DNA from: Botryllus schlosseri
Lineage: Eukaryota
Assembly (NCBI GenBank): GCA_051294905.1
Contig: CM119372.1
Coordinates: forward strand, 18,230,001 to 18,294,000
Reading direction: 5' to 3'
Length of the DNA: 64,000 bases
Of this stretch, positions 25,137-38,649 are shown in pieces. Numbering within the stretch: the first letter of the stretch is position 1; the number at the start of each line of letters is the position of its first letter. A model generated the notes under the pieces. The model searched no databases and had not been told where the DNA came from. It saw only the letters and a program-made list of their open reading frames with translations. A program made the position numbers and the translations under genes.

Positions 25137-27799
25137 TATATGTCACTCAATGAAAGTTGATCAAGAAATCAACACACCATTGATACTTCTCTTCAGGTTC
25201 AAATGTAGCCAGGGTAGCAGTTTGGTACATATCATTATCAATTTAAGAAGCATTCGGTAGACCCAGTTGTTGAATTGAGCTGATATTTTGTTCACCGAGA
25301 AATAGTTTCATGACCACAGTGAAGAAATTACCACTATGGCTTAACGGTACATCACGAATGGGCCTCCTGAAGCATTTCATGCCATTTATCAGTTAAGAAA
25401 TATTCAGTATCATTGTCTTGCAGATTTTCCGATAGAGCGATAGATGATTCCATGTCAAAAAAGCATCTCGGTGAGGAGGCACGAGATCCAGATCGTGGCC
25501 ATCTTTGCCAAGATTTCAATGGAATGTGCCCAGTATAATATATCAGGATATCCACGGTTGACGTGATGCAAATGCTGGAACATCGCGTTTGTTTATCCGG
25601 AATCTGCAACAAAAATGAACAAATGATGTTTTTAGAGACACAAATTAACATTAAGAATACATATAGATGTATGCACATGCAGACTTGGTCAGTAATGAAG
25701 AACTTCTACTTCATTGCAGTACTCAAGTAGGTGTTGCCTATTTTCGAAGATACATCTTGTAATTTTGAAGCAGCCATCTCCAAACTTAAGTACCTTGCAT
25801 GCATTCCACTTTCTACAGCTACTTGAGGAAGTTTAAATACCAGTACGCTCGGGAATACAACTGTTACTTCAGTAGCAATGCAGACTACTTTAACCACATC
25901 AGGATTAATGTAAATCCCTCATTTATAATAACGTATCACTAGAATCAGCCAAACTTACCTTGGGCCGACTGAGGAGAAGTCCATGCGTTACTGCAACGAT
26001 TTGACTAAACCTTGCAAATTGAAAGCAATCTTCAGAGTTTTCTCTTCCTCCATCGTACAGGCCTATAGCCAATAGGCTATGAGTGTTTATATGGTAAAGA
26101 CAGGCCGTATCTCAGGGTCGTATCGTGTCCTGACGATTGTGTTGGCTTATCCATTAAAGGGAGTGGGCATCTTCATGGCTTCAGTAAGAGCAAAAGGTCA
26201 ACAAATGCTGTGGCCATATACTGGGAGTCAGCCATTGGCAGTTCACACTCAGTGCACTTCCGTTGAAGTATAATTCCAGTACTGTAGCATTGAGGGGCCG
26301 TTCATTAACAAACATATGCCTGCCTTGTTTTACCAGACATGTAACTGATGAATAGTATATCTGTAACAAGAGATTGGATTCAACAGTTGTTATGGACACT
26401 TACAACTGCAACGACCTTGACGTGTTGTGTTTGTATTAGATTCAAATGTTAGGTTATCCTTAATTGAAATGCCTCTTGAATCTTGCACACCGGTGGTGTA
26501 CTCAGTGGCTCCAATTCTTACTAGGAATAATCCAGCAATGATCTGGAATAACGGTAAGCCTGCAATAGCAGAACTACCTGCATATTCACACATTAATCTA
26601 TAGTACAAGATCTTAACTGACGAAGTCCCTCCTAACGGTCGCCTTCATAGTTGACACGGCACGGTGTAAATGTACACTTGTACTTGTACAATGTACAGCC
26701 TTGGATGGTGACATACATTCGCATAACATACCGCAAGGCGTAATCAAAATCATACTGCAGATATCAATGTTAACGTTGGAAATTATTCTACATTTTGTTA
26801 TCTTCTCACGATTATCAGCGCAGCAAAACATGTTACATAAGATACTACAGAAGCAGAGATATTCCGATGGCGAGTAAATGACCGTACCGGTATACCGGTA
26901 AATTGCTGCTGAAGGAATAGGGCTAATACCGCAAAGTTTCAGACTACCTGAACATCTCATAACCTAGTTAACCTCTAGCTTTATATAATAACATAAACAT
27001 GGATATTATATGCCTCTACCGCTCTCAAAAACTTAAAATTACACACAGATGAAGCGGCTGAACGGAACGTGCATCAAAACTGAATGCGCGAATCTGGACC
27101 CACTTAGGTAATACCGCGATGACGCAATTGACGCAGTCAGCCATCCCGGAGTTCTATATATCCCTGAGTATTCCAAACTAATTACCAAAATACCAAAAAT
27201 TTTTCTGAAGTGTCCCAAATTTTGAAGAAATACCAATTTCTCTAATTTTCGGTTTTACCCATAATTGCTCCTTATTAATCACAATAATTCTTTATTGGAG
27301 GTAAGAAAACGCTAATGAAAAGATTATTATGAACAAATATAGCTTAGTCACGTAAGTCAAGTAACAATGCAAACACTTTAAAATCGACAGAAGTGGTTTT
27401 GTCTGCGTGACTTTCGCCTGTGAAATGAGATAGCTTCTTTTAACATGGACCACAAATAACACCATGTCACAAAATTTTGCAAAATTTCAGTTGAGTAAAA
27501 ATTTTTATGCATAGTGTTTTGCTATTTCACATCAATCACCAAAATACAAAAATTTCTTCTGAAGTGTCCCTAGTCCTTGAGAAATGTTACTTTTTTGATT
27601 TCTCGTTTTACTCGAAATTGCCCCGTAAGTACGCATAATGCCTTATTGGACGTACAAACACACTAACAAAACGAAGGAATATGCACAAATAGTGACTATT
27701 ATAGATTATGAAACGATGGAAACATTTCCAAAAATTTCCGAAGTGGTTTTGCTCTCGTGATTTGGGTTTATGGATTGAGAAATCTGCTGGAATTATGGA

Positions 27800-30700
27800 C
27801 CGCAAATAGGCTAATCCCCATCATGATGCAATTCCGTCACTCTTAGTATCTTCTTTCCAAATCATATACATATCCTCCTGAAACACCTCACTATGTTTCT
27901 CGCTTACATCACCCATATTCGAACTAATAAAATCAAGGTGAAGGTGCAGGTAATGCGGTTTTAAGGACATGTCCCACTCTATTTTTTCATACATCTCGAT
28001 CATATATATGGTTTACCAGAGGTTTATATTCATTGCTTCGTTTATTTCAAAGAAAATTTTCAACTACATCTCGAAATGCTTTGAATGCTCCTGCTTTTCT
28101 CGCAGTCATTTCATTGTCAAGTGCTTTACATAAGATTGCCAACATTCACGCACAAGCAAAGAGAACCTGCCACAGAAATATACCGTGAAAATCGTTCATG
28201 CCCTTTTCTCGATGAAAAACATCGTTCCCTAGTTTTAACCTTGGAGTCAGAATTTCCGCATTTGATTTAGTGAGTCCCAACTAAATCATCAAGTTCGTAT
28301 TGGTTCGGAATGTGTCGTTCTGGATTTATCTCGGTACGGGAGATGTTGAAGTCGTCATCGTCGGAGTCATTTTCTGTATCTTTAAGCCCTGTCGAGTGTC
28401 GAGTCTTCTGGAGCTTTTTGCTTGGTAGTCTTGGCAGTGAAAACTTACTGCAATACGGAACAGGTGCTTAAGAGGAGATGGCATGGAAGGATATGCAGTG
28501 CCAAGTCATTTTTTAGTTAATCTGAACCTTGGAATGTCATCCATACAGAAATAACAGTCTTCTATAAGGTTTCGAATTTCCCTTCAGATTCTTTAATAGC
28601 AAATGACATTGATGCCGATCTCCCCTTAGGGCAATTCCCTGCACAGACAACCGATGTTCCCACCACTACCTCTTCAAATCTCTTGAAATTTGGTACACGC
28701 ACAGATGAGCTAATTCCAAACAGGATGAACTTTATTTCATAAAAATTGGACTTTGGGGTCAAAAGTTACGTCACTTTGAAAATTGACAATTTTCTGCTCA
28801 TTTCGGGTCTGCACTTTCAGGTTTTATCAATGCAATATTCAAGAAGGTGTAGCTAAATGTTAGACGACAGTTGAGATACGGCACTGGGATTTATTTGAAG
28901 CTTGTCTGATCGTCTATATTTCCAAGTGAAATTTAATGCCCTGTAGGTTAGGGTCAAAGGTTAAATTTAGGGGGAATTTGGTCAATGGTCTAAAATCAGT
29001 CAGGCGTTACACGATTTAGACTGCGGATTGCTCAAAAACATATTAAAATATTTTGGAAAATAGGATCTTAAATGAAAGTTTGCTTCAAGGAGACTTCGTT
29101 CATAGCTGTTTGATTTTGGTTTTTAGACTGCAAAGTGATGAAATTGCAGTTTCAAGAGCACACTTCATTTGCACGTGGAAATGCAGTAGTAGTAGGGTGT
29201 GTTCGGACATCGATTCTGGGGTGCGTGTGGGCATCATGTCTGGGGTGTGTTCCGACATCATGTCTTGGGTCTGTTAGGACTGTGTTGCCATTCGAACATC
29301 GTGTCTGGGGTGAGTTCGGACTGTTTTGTCCCTCGGATATCGTGTCCGAGGGGGGTGTTCAGACACCATGCCTGGCGTGTGTTAGGACTGTGTTGTCACT
29401 CTGACATAGTATCTGGGATATGTTTGTGTTGCGCCAGACATGACTCAGACCTGATATCTGCGCACTAATTTTATCCGGACATGCTCCGGAGCTGATACCT
29501 GCCCACTAAATACCCCCAGGCATGGTCCAAACCGGATATATGCGCGCTTAATGGACACAGATATGCGTCAGACGTGATACCCGCATCCTAAACGACGTGT
29601 TTTTGCTGATATCTGCGATAGCTGGGTATATCCACAGTAGTGGTAGCTGAGTTTATCCACATTCACAGTAGAGATAGCTGAGTACATCCAAAGCTTTCAC
29701 TACTGTGGTTATACTCAGCTATCACTGCTGTAGATATACCCAGCTATCGCAGATACCAGCAAAAAACGCAAATATAGAGGACATATATAGGCCAAATGTC
29801 GTTTAGGACGTGGGTATCACGTTTGACGCATGTATGTGTCCATTAAGCCCGCAAATATCAGGTCCGGACTATGCCTGGGGGTATTTGGTGCGCAGGTATC
29901 AGCTACGACACATGTCCAGATTATAATAGTGGGCAGATATCAGGTCTGAGGCATGTTTGGCGTATCACAAACATATCCCAGACACGATGTCCGAGTAGCA
30001 AACACAGTCCGGACACACCCCAGGCATGATGTTCGAACACCTTCCAGACACGATGTCCGAATGACAACACAGTCCGAGCTCACCCCAGACACGATGTTCG
30101 CCTTGCAAAACAGTCCGACCATACCCGAGACATAATATCTGGGGTGAGCTCGGACTGTGTTGTCATTCGGACATCGTGTCTGGAAGGTGTTCGGACATCA
30201 TGCCTGCGGTGTGTCCGGACTGTGTTGCTACTCGGACATCGTGTCTGGGATATGTTTGTGATACGCCAAACATGCCTCAGACCTGATATCTGCCCACTAT
30301 TTTAATCTGGACATGTGTCGTAACTGATACCTGCGCACCAAATACTCCCAGGCATATAGTCTCGACCTGATATCTGCGGGCTTAATGGACAGTGGACACA
30401 TACATGCGTCAGACGTGTTACCCACGTCCTAAACGACATTTGGCCTATATACGACCTCTATATTTGCGGTTTTTGCTGATATCTGCGATAGCTGGGTATA
30501 TCTACAGCAGTGATAGCTGAGTATAACCACAGTAGTGATAGCTTTGGATGTACTCAGCTATCTCTACTGTGAATGTGGATATACTCAGCTACCACTACTG
30601 TGGATATACCCAGCTATCGCAGATATTAGCAAAAACGCGTCGTTTAGGACGCGGGTATCACGTCTGACGCATATCTGTGTCCATTAAGCGCGCATATATC

Positions 30701-32118
30701 CGGTTTGGACCATGTCTGGGGGTATTTAGTGGGCAGGTATCAGCTCCGGAGCATGTCCGGATAAAATTAGTGCGCAGATATCAGGTCTGAGTCATGTCTG
30801 GCGCAACACAAACATATCCCAGACACTATGTCAGAGTGACAGCACAGTCCTAACACACGCCAGGCATGATGTCTGAACACCCCCCTCAGACACGATGTCC
30901 GAGTGGCAACACAGTCCAAACACACCCCTGACATGATGTCCGAACACGCCCTAGACACGATGTCCGAATGGAAACACATTCCGAACACACCCTCGGCTCG
31001 ATGTCCAAGTTGCAAAACTGTCTGAACGCATCCAAGTATGATGTCCGAATACACCCCAGACACGATGTCCGAGGGGCAAAACAGTCCGAACTCACCCCAG
31101 ACACGATGTTCGAATGGCAACACAGTCCGAACACACCCAAGACATGATGTCGGGACTCACCCCAGACATGATGTTTACACACACCCCAGAATCGATGTCC
31201 GAACAAACCCTACTACTACTGCATTTCCACGTGCAAATGAAGTGTGCTCTTGAAACTGCAATTTCATCACTTTACAGTCTAAAAACCAAAATCAAACAGC
31301 TATGAACGAAGTCTCCTTGAAGCAACCTTTCATTTAAGATCCTATTTTCCAAAATATTTTAATATGTTTTGGAGCAATCCGCAGTCTAAATCGTGTAACG
31401 CCTGACTGATTTTAGACCATTGACCGAATTCCCCCTCAATTTAACCTTTGACCCTAACCTACAGGGCATTAAATTTCACTTGGAAATATGAACGATCAGA
31501 CAAGCTTCAAATATATCCAAGTTCCCTATCTCAACTGTCGTCTAACATCTAGCTACACCTTCTTGAATATTGCATTGATAAAACCTGAAAGTGCAGACCC
31601 GAAATGAGCAGAAAATTGTCAATTTTCAAAGTGACGTAACTTTTGACCCCAAAGTCCAATTTTCATGAAATAAAGTTCATCCTGTTTGGAATTAGCTCAT
31701 CTGTGCGTGTACCAAATTTCAGGAGATTTGAAGAGGTAGTGGTGGAAACATCGGTTGTCTGTGCAGGAAATTGCCCCTTAGCCAACCATCCGTATTTCAT
31801 CGACATGTTTCGAAGATTACATGAAATGCCCAGTTTTTATCTTTGTCTCCAATCTTCATGCCAAAGTAAAGTTCATAAGGATAAAAAACCTTACTTCTAT
31901 CTACAATTTGTACTTAACTTGTTTCAAACTGATATACAGACCATAGATATATCAAAAAACAGCCAGCAGGCAGAATACATTTGTGATGTTGATAATAATG
32001 ACGAGATTATACTCACTAGATCCACAATCAGTGCATTAACAGAACAAAACGATAAGGAATTTGAGATTGCTTGCTGTAGCCAATGCTGACTGAGACTGAA
32101 AAGGTGATTGTTACAGTG
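27800..32118 (-). pseudogene. Degraded CMC/Chapaev3-like transposase, split by the 28629-31776 insertion
   Basis: Frameshifted fragments in order: YELYFGMKIGDKDKNWAFH..WL (31880-31777), SMSFAI..EDCYFC..YPS..PVP (28624-28440), ELDDLV..AEILTPRLK (~28300-28235), VVENFL..MSLKPHYLHLHLDFISSNMGDVSEKHSEVF (~28070-27850). These match recalled family motifs WAPH, DCYFC and KIHFLHSHLDFF. A possible CACTG-type end lies at 32118. The superfamily assignment is from memory. Confidence 0.65.
28629..31776. mobile_element. Palindromic non-autonomous DNA transposon, Sola2-like
   Basis: GGGCAATT...AATTGCCC termini, a 4-bp TSD CTTA (28625-28628, 31777-31780) and long TIRs. Internal ~21-bp repeats TCGGACATCGTGTCTGGGGTG. 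GRG ends, a 4-bp TSD and long TIRs fit Sola2. Confidence 0.8.
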
Positions 32119-32164
32119 TTAACAACCAGGTAGGCCTGCCTATGTATCGGTCATTATCCGCATA

Positions 32165-32490
32165 CCGTGATTCTCAAACTGTGGTACGCGTACCACTAGC
32201 AATACGCGTTTGCTATAGGTGGTACGCGAAGAGTGCTGTGACTGTGAGTAATGTCATACCTCAGATTGGCGAGCTTCTGCAAAAGAAACAGTTGGAATTA
32301 TCTCATTAAATGGCGTTTTCTTTCTATCCATTGGTGTTGCGGCATAGTACTAACAGTAATAACCAATATACACCGGTACTTTAAAGTAAAATAATAAGTA
32401 ATTCAGGTGGTACTCCGTTTAGCGCAAGACAAATTAGTGGTACGCCGTGTGGTAAAAAAACAAATTAGTGGTACACGGTGGGAAACACTG
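32165..32490. mobile_element. Decayed hAT-type MITE (GTGGTACGCG motifs)
   Basis: C.GTGATTCTCAAAC...GGGAAACACTG ends, with repeated GTGGTAC. Confidence 0.5.
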
Positions 32491-34485
32491 GGCCATAGAA
32501 TATACCTTTGTCGATACTTGATTAGATTACCTTCATCCACAGTCCACACGTTCGCTGCGGTGTCGAGCGTGCGAGCGTGACTGGCGTGTTATCAATTGGT
32601 GGAACCGGAAAGGATTGATCCGACGGCGCGACATTAATATCCCATTTCATCTCGAATGTATATAACACGTGTACCGTATAGTGTGAACGAGACCAATATG
32701 TTAAATTGATAGGTCGGTGAAAATACACTGACATTGTACACTTAGTATATGGAGCGCGGGTATGAAGTAGCCTTAGTGCAATGCAATTCAATAGACGAGT
32801 ACGGAATGGATTTGTGAGTGCCGGGATAACAGATTCTTGAGTTGAAACTATTGGCAATGAAAGTTTTGATACTTGAGTATGGCGGGCTCAAAGATTCGAA
32901 TACTGTAACCCAAATCCAGTATCGATTGTAATGATTTAAGGGAAGTAGAAGAGAAGATATATTCTGAGTATGTTAACGCCTTTCGACAAAGAACGGGAAT
33001 TCGCGGGAAATCGTGTTTTGACCCTATCTTCCTCTGCATTGAAGCCTTCAATCTTTGATTGAAACAAACGTAACAGAATATTATCGCAAAATGCGCCTTA
33101 TGCTTAGTAACAATTAAGAAAAAAATGTATATTTTGCCAAGTGTATTATGGAATTATTTTCGTTTCAATCGTATGTAAAGTACATATTTGAACTCTGAAA
33201 CTTGCTCTTGCTATATGTGACGTCATAGTTTGTGGTACTCGAATGCTCCACTTCTTAATGCTCGGCTCGGATTCGAACCAGTCAGGTACTCGATTTTGAC
33301 CAGCCTTACTTATGATGAGAGCGGGATTCGTGACATGCTGCCCATCAGTTCATCAAGTAACCGTGGCAAAAAGGCCGTGGGGAGTTTAGACTCAGTTGTA
33401 CAATGTACATGCGTTCAATATCATATAGAATACTACTGCACCGCAGAAGTTGGATTGGCTATATTTGCTCAGGTTGGCACGCTGTATAAGCCGTGGAAAT
33501 GATTATAAATTGTCGAATTCCTGTGCATTAAGAATTGAATTTCTAAAATTATCGCACTGTCACTCAACCAACACCATAATGGTCACTGAAACCACTACTA
33601 CAGTCCCATTCAGTGGTAGGATTCTGCCGGTCGCACCGGTGCAACAGAATCATCGCACGATATTTTATGAGATCAGAGAACCGCTTGGCATTGCTGGCTA
33701 CTGTCAATCACTTTTGTAACAGAACCGGCTGAAACATTTTACTTTTCTGATAGAATTGGATGACAGAAACTATGAATATTACCATGACTGAACTAGGCCT
33801 ACCTGTTCGAGAAATCAGACATGATTCGTCGTGATCTCGTCCCATAGTGCGTTATCGCACTATTCATCCCAACTATTGCATTTATGTTGCGTAAAAACCG
33901 GTTGATCTTGTTTCACGAAATCCCCATCGGTAGTATAATGTGGAAAATATCACCAACTCAACACGAGTCGCGGGCCACTTTTCTATTTTCGTATAGCGGC
34001 CGCTGGCCGCAGGAGTGCATGATCGAGGCAAAAGAAGTCACTCATCTTTTAACAAAAATGTTTTGAAATCTTTAGGTCAGTACAACGCTGTGCTCTTTAA
34101 CATGAGCAACAGGTAGAAAAGAAGTATAGTAATAGAAATACAAAAAAATATCATATTCACCAATTTCATTTTATGTTCAACTACGGGCGGCGCACGATAC
34201 CTGACAACGCATTTTAGCGATTAAAGAGTCGATATTGGGGCTAGCCAGGCACGGTACTAGCTGAAAGACCGTCTCTTCGTAAAGCTTGATCTTGTGGGGA
34301 AGCTCTATCGTTTTCCAAGCGTCGCGGTCTCGGAAGTGTCTGGGCCATTGCACGTCAACGCAATATGCCCACGCCCATTCATATCAGCTGATTCTCCCTC
34401 GATGAAATGCTGTTGCCAACGTCGAAGCCGTTTCAGCTTGTGAGGAATAGTAATGTTGGGCACAGGAGAATAGCTTATTTTGAAA

Positions 34486-34498
34486 CGACGACAACGCC

Positions 34499-34529
<31 letters not shown>

Positions 34530-34530
34530 T
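34486..34530. repeat. (CAA)n microsatellite
   Basis: Direct read. Other microsatellites: (TGT)n ~20604-20630 and (CA)n ~38306-38334. Confidence 0.9.
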
Positions 34531-34809
34531 TATTTTGAGGCTGAAGCAATTTCAGCATTTCAAAATGCTTTACTTGACGTTCTTCCGAAATCTGAAAACA
34601 GATCACGGGCTGCAAAATACGACCTCGCACTCGCGGGCCGCGTGTTGGTAATCCCTGATCTAGACTTATACGTTTCGTCGATCTCAGTGGATACATAATA
34701 TAATATATCATAATATCATTCTGCCGTAATTAAAACCAACAGCTATTCTATATATACATTCTTGATAACCGTTTCTGGGTTCTGGTTTACCAAAGTCCCA
34801 ATCGCCAGC

Positions 34810-36198
34810 ATGGGGTGGCAAATATTTAGATCTGCATTTCGTCGATGTCAATGGAGACTTTACGCTGCTTCGATTGGATTGACTCTGGTTTTGGCTCCTC
34901 AATATAATTTGATCAGTTTACAGACAAGCATCGGAGTACAAAACGCGCTCGGGTCGACCAGTGTCATGGTGTATGCGATACTATGTGTTGTGACACTGTT
35001 GTTATATGTCCCGTTATTGGCGATATTCGGTCGAAAATATTGTTTGATCGCGGGCGAAATTCCGTCATTAATTTTCACGCTGTCGTTTTTCTATCCTCGA
35101 CCATGGAGCGTTACAATAGCAGGCGCGCTGATAGGAATTGGAGAAAGTATTATCATGCCTGCTTCATCAGTGATCATTGCGTCTTTGAATGAATATGATC
35201 ATCAGGAGAACGAAACGAGAAACGTGAACATGAGAATTCTGTTGGTTATACGGGCAGTCGGCCAAGCCATAGCAAGCATAGTGCCTAACTTCATTCTGAA
35301 AGATAGCGGTGGCCAATTAAAGAATACATCGTCTTCCTCTGGAGCGCATGATTTTGTACGCATTTCCGATTGTGGTGCCAATGATTGCCCCATGGAATAC
35401 GCGTTTCAGCAGAAGTCGAGTATTTTCGGAAAGTTGATACCAACAGCGACGTCGTTGCATATTTACTTGATTGTCATGGCGGTCGCACAGATTCTAGGAA
35501 TTCTCCTGCACATCATTTCAATTCCACAGGATGCAAATCACTTTGGTAGTGACGAGGAAAGACAATCCATGCTATCCCTGACAGAGAATAAAGCATTGAA
35601 AAAGTTAAAAGAAGCTTTTTGGAGATTGACTCAACACATGAAGTCAACGCTGCGTTGGATAACTATTCCGCTCATAATCCATTACGGTTTGATTTCCAGT
35701 TTTATTTGGTCTGAAGTAAGTAGGGCTTACGTATCGTGCATTTTTGGAGTCGAAAATATCGGTGTATTCTTACTGATCACTTACAGCGCGTCAACCGCAG
35801 AAAGTGTTCTCTATAATATTTTCAATTCGTCAATTCCCACACCCATGTTATATATTCTGGCCTTGGTATTCTCGATCGCAAGTTACTGTTTGGGGCTATT
35901 ATGGGAGCCATCGTACACATCCTTGTACGTACCCTACTTGTTTGTTGTATTGGTGGGGATGGGTCATTCGCTATGTAGATTGTCTTCTTACGTGATCGCT
36001 AGCGAATATTTCGAAGACTTGGATTCATCATTCATTGTGCATACAGGATGCGCAGCGATGGGCAATGCCATAATATATATTTGGTCGAACCTCCTATGTG
36101 TTTATGTAAAACTGTACTTACTGCTCGCAATTACATTCTTTTCGACTGCTTTAGCCTTAGTTGCTCATTACTTTTTTGCCTTCCTCCAGCGGTACTGA
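34810..36198 (+). CDS. UNC93-like (MFS-fold) multi-pass membrane protein, intronless, 462 aa
   Basis: About 11-12 hydrophobic helices. Motifs SLQTSI, FGRKYCLI, CGANDCP and SRAYVSCIFGV are typical of UNC93A-like proteins. First ATG at 34810. Confidence 0.85.
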   Translation: MGWQIFRSAFRRCQWRLYAASIGLTLVLAPQYNLISLQTSIGVQNALGSTSVMVYAILCVVTLLLYVPLLAIFGRKYCLIAGEIPSLIFTLSFFYPRPWSVTIAGALIGIGESIIMPASSVIIASLNEYDHQENETRNVNMRILLVIRAVGQAIASIVPNFILKDSGGQLKNTSSSSGAHDFVRISDCGANDCPMEYAFQQKSSIFGKLIPTATSLHIYLIVMAVAQILGILLHIISIPQDANHFGSDEERQSMLSLTENKALKKLKEAFWRLTQHMKSTLRWITIPLIIHYGLISSFIWSEVSRAYVSCIFGVENIGVFLLITYSASTAESVLYNIFNSSIPTPMLYILALVFSIASYCLGLLWEPSYTSLYVPYLFVVLVGMGHSLCRLSSYVIASEYFEDLDSSFIVHTGCAAMGNAIIYIWSNLLCVYVKLYLLLAITFFSTALALVAHYFFAFLQRY

Positions 36199-36999
36199 CG
36201 GAGGCAGGAGCCCCCAACAGTGATTAATGGGCAATATCTGCGCTGCACAGACGGTTTATACACCCATCCCATGCATCTGATTATGTTTATTTCTAAATAT
36301 CGGTATTTTTAGGCTGTAAATGAGAGAGTCTTTCGGCTTCTCTTGATTGTCGGGTTGCTAATGCTATACATCGGATCAGTGCCGACAGCTCAGTGACCCG
36401 CACAATGATCTGGGCGAATTATGATGCTGGATTTCCTTCCTGCCACAATCATATCCATTTACCTGGACTTGGGGTCAAGTGGTTTAGCTCGCTAGTGGCT
36501 ACGGGTTCTTGAGAGGTAACCAGCGTATAGCGAACCAGATACCTATGGCTTGCGGGATCAGTGGCGGCACCACGGAATACAAATTTAAGAAAAAATTCAC
36601 GAGGTCACTAACATGCCTAGGCTGGGACAGTCGTGATTTGTAATCGTAATCGATTATAAAGATTACGGCATTTCCTAGTAATCGTAATCGAATGTTTTTG
36701 TTTTGTTTTCAGTTTGAAATGCATATAAACAGGGTTCTCATTCTCATACCTTACTGATTTCCAGAATTGCCCTTATTTTGTCCTTTTTCGGTATATGTTT
36801 GTCCTTATTTTCGGCGAAGAGGCCGTGATTATTATGCCTTCGCGCTGAAATTTTATGACATCTGAACTGACAGGTACGCATTGTTGCACACGCTCACATT
36901 GCATTGTTGTTGTACTATTGTTCGTTGTATGTGGTGTTCATGTTCTTTTAGATTGCTACAGTCATTTACACCAGGCCGATATTGTATCTGTATAATTCC

Positions 37000-37200
37000 G
37001 TAGCTGCCGACTTGTAGCGCGGCCCACTTCTATACTTTTTAAGATACCGCTTACGCGGATCAGATGGCGAGGGGGAGCCTCATAGTTAAACCTCCAACAC
37101 TTGAGAAGGAATTATATAGTCGACCTCGGACGGACTCGAAACAGCAACCTATTGGCTTTGCCGCTGTGGCGCTGTACTTGTAGATGTAGGCTACCTTGTG
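37000..37200 (-). mobile_element. tRNA-derived SINE, decayed copy
   Basis: Matches 61620-61783 (CTGCCGACTT.TAGC.CGGCCCAC...CGCTTACGCGGAT...GACCTCGG.CGGACTCGAA). Confidence 0.7.
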
Positions 37201-38304
37201 CCGGGCCGTTCACTTTCTCTATGAAGTTTGACTGTCTCGGCGAGCGAGATATGTTATGTTTTGAATAACTTGGTTTACGTTATGGTAGTGCAAACACTTG
37301 ATCCGTGATGTAAGGCATCTAAAGAAATTATAAATGATTGATCGATATTATGAATTACGTATGGCTCATGTGTCTGATACGGATAAATATGTAAATCTAT
37401 TAGCTAATAAGGTGAAAGGAGCAAGGCTAAAAGCTATTCTCGGAACGAGTTGGAGCGATAATTCAGAGGTTTCAAATGTAACTTGAAGGCGAGTGTTTCG
37501 CACAGTGCAATATTTTCAATGGTGACTTTAATCTGTCTGTCACAGGAAAGACCACTATCTCAAATCACATTGATACTCAACGACACGAGAAGGGTGTTAT
37601 AATGATTAATTCAAGCCACTTGGAGGAGTTCTGGAAAAAAGTATGTAATGTGATATGACACGGCTCGTATAAATACGAAGTAGGCCTATATAGATCTTGG
37701 TAAAAATTCTTATGAGGTTGATCTAATTTTTCGATTGTCCTGATTTTTGGGTTCTATTTGGGCAACCATTCACATAAACTGAACAACCAATAGTACGACG
37801 TATGAAGTCTATTTGAATGCCAAATTACTTAGCTCAGTGGTTCTCAAACTTTTTCGATGATGATTGAAAATCTCGTTTGCAATCCCAGCGCATATAGTTT
37901 GATGGCATTCAAGGTTATGACTGTTGCGAGACCTCTCAAATGTGAAATTAGGACATTTTGTGATACGATTGTTGATATACAATGTTCTTTCCAATTCTCT
38001 ACTAGTTGCTGACGCTTACCCTTGACGAGTGTCAGCCAAAAATATTCGAGTTCATTTCAATATCAATATACTATTTAATTGGAACTTAGGACTATACACT
38101 GATCAATATTTAGCTACTGGCAGTAAATAGCGCGGAGCGAGAAAAACTTTCAGTTGAAAAATTTCTTCATAACGTTATGTTGCACAATGTACATACAGTG
38201 ACACAGACCATCAGATGCAGCGATCTTCTTGATCAATCACGCGCGACCCCATCTTACAACCTTTTTCCTATATACAAGTTGAGTATGCTGTTACCGTATA
38301 AAGG

Positions 38305-38336
<32 letters not shown>

Positions 38337-38389
38337 CGGCCACACGCGCACGAAAAAGAGATGTACGGAGAGACAATTATTTCCTCAAT

Positions 38390-38515
38390 TCATATATGCT
38401 ATCGCAACACTGTTGCTATACGCCCCGTTGCTGGCGAAATTCGGCCGGGAAAATTTTTGATCACGGGCGAAAACGTTAGTAGTGTTGACGCTGGCGTTTT
38501 TCTATTCTCGACTTA
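38390..38515 (+). pseudogene. Fragment of the UNC93-like paralog (N-terminal part)
   Basis: ACACTGTTGCTATACGCCCCGTTGCTGGCGAAATTCGG...GATCACGGGCGAAA...ACGCTGGCGTTTTTCTATTCTCGAC aligns to ~34990-35101. Confidence 0.7.
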
Positions 38516-38649
38516 TCGAGTATGACAGGTCAGTAACAGTGGGCAGTAACAGCAAAGCAATTATGTTGCCCCTTTCTTGAAAAAGATGCTAATGTATCCA
38601 ATTCATAGCGTTCATCGTAGGGTTTGCAGGAACGCATAAAGCAGCAGAT

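Larger units (their letters stand above)
22057..27166. mobile_element. Non-autonomous P-element-like or hAT-like DNA transposon (5.1 kb including nested inserts)
   Basis: Perfect 32-bp TIR CAGGGATATATAGAACTCCGGGATGGCTGACT; perfect 8-bp TSD AGTATTCC (22049-22056, 27167-27174); no transposase ORF. Confidence 0.9.

Noticed and set aside
29190..31215. Cys/Val-rich ORFs and a possible repeat-spacer array
   Set aside because: These are translations of ~21-bp tandem repeats inside a palindromic transposon.
34480..34698. Poly-Q protein ORF
   Set aside because: A (CAA)n microsatellite plus a MITE end, with a non-ATG start.
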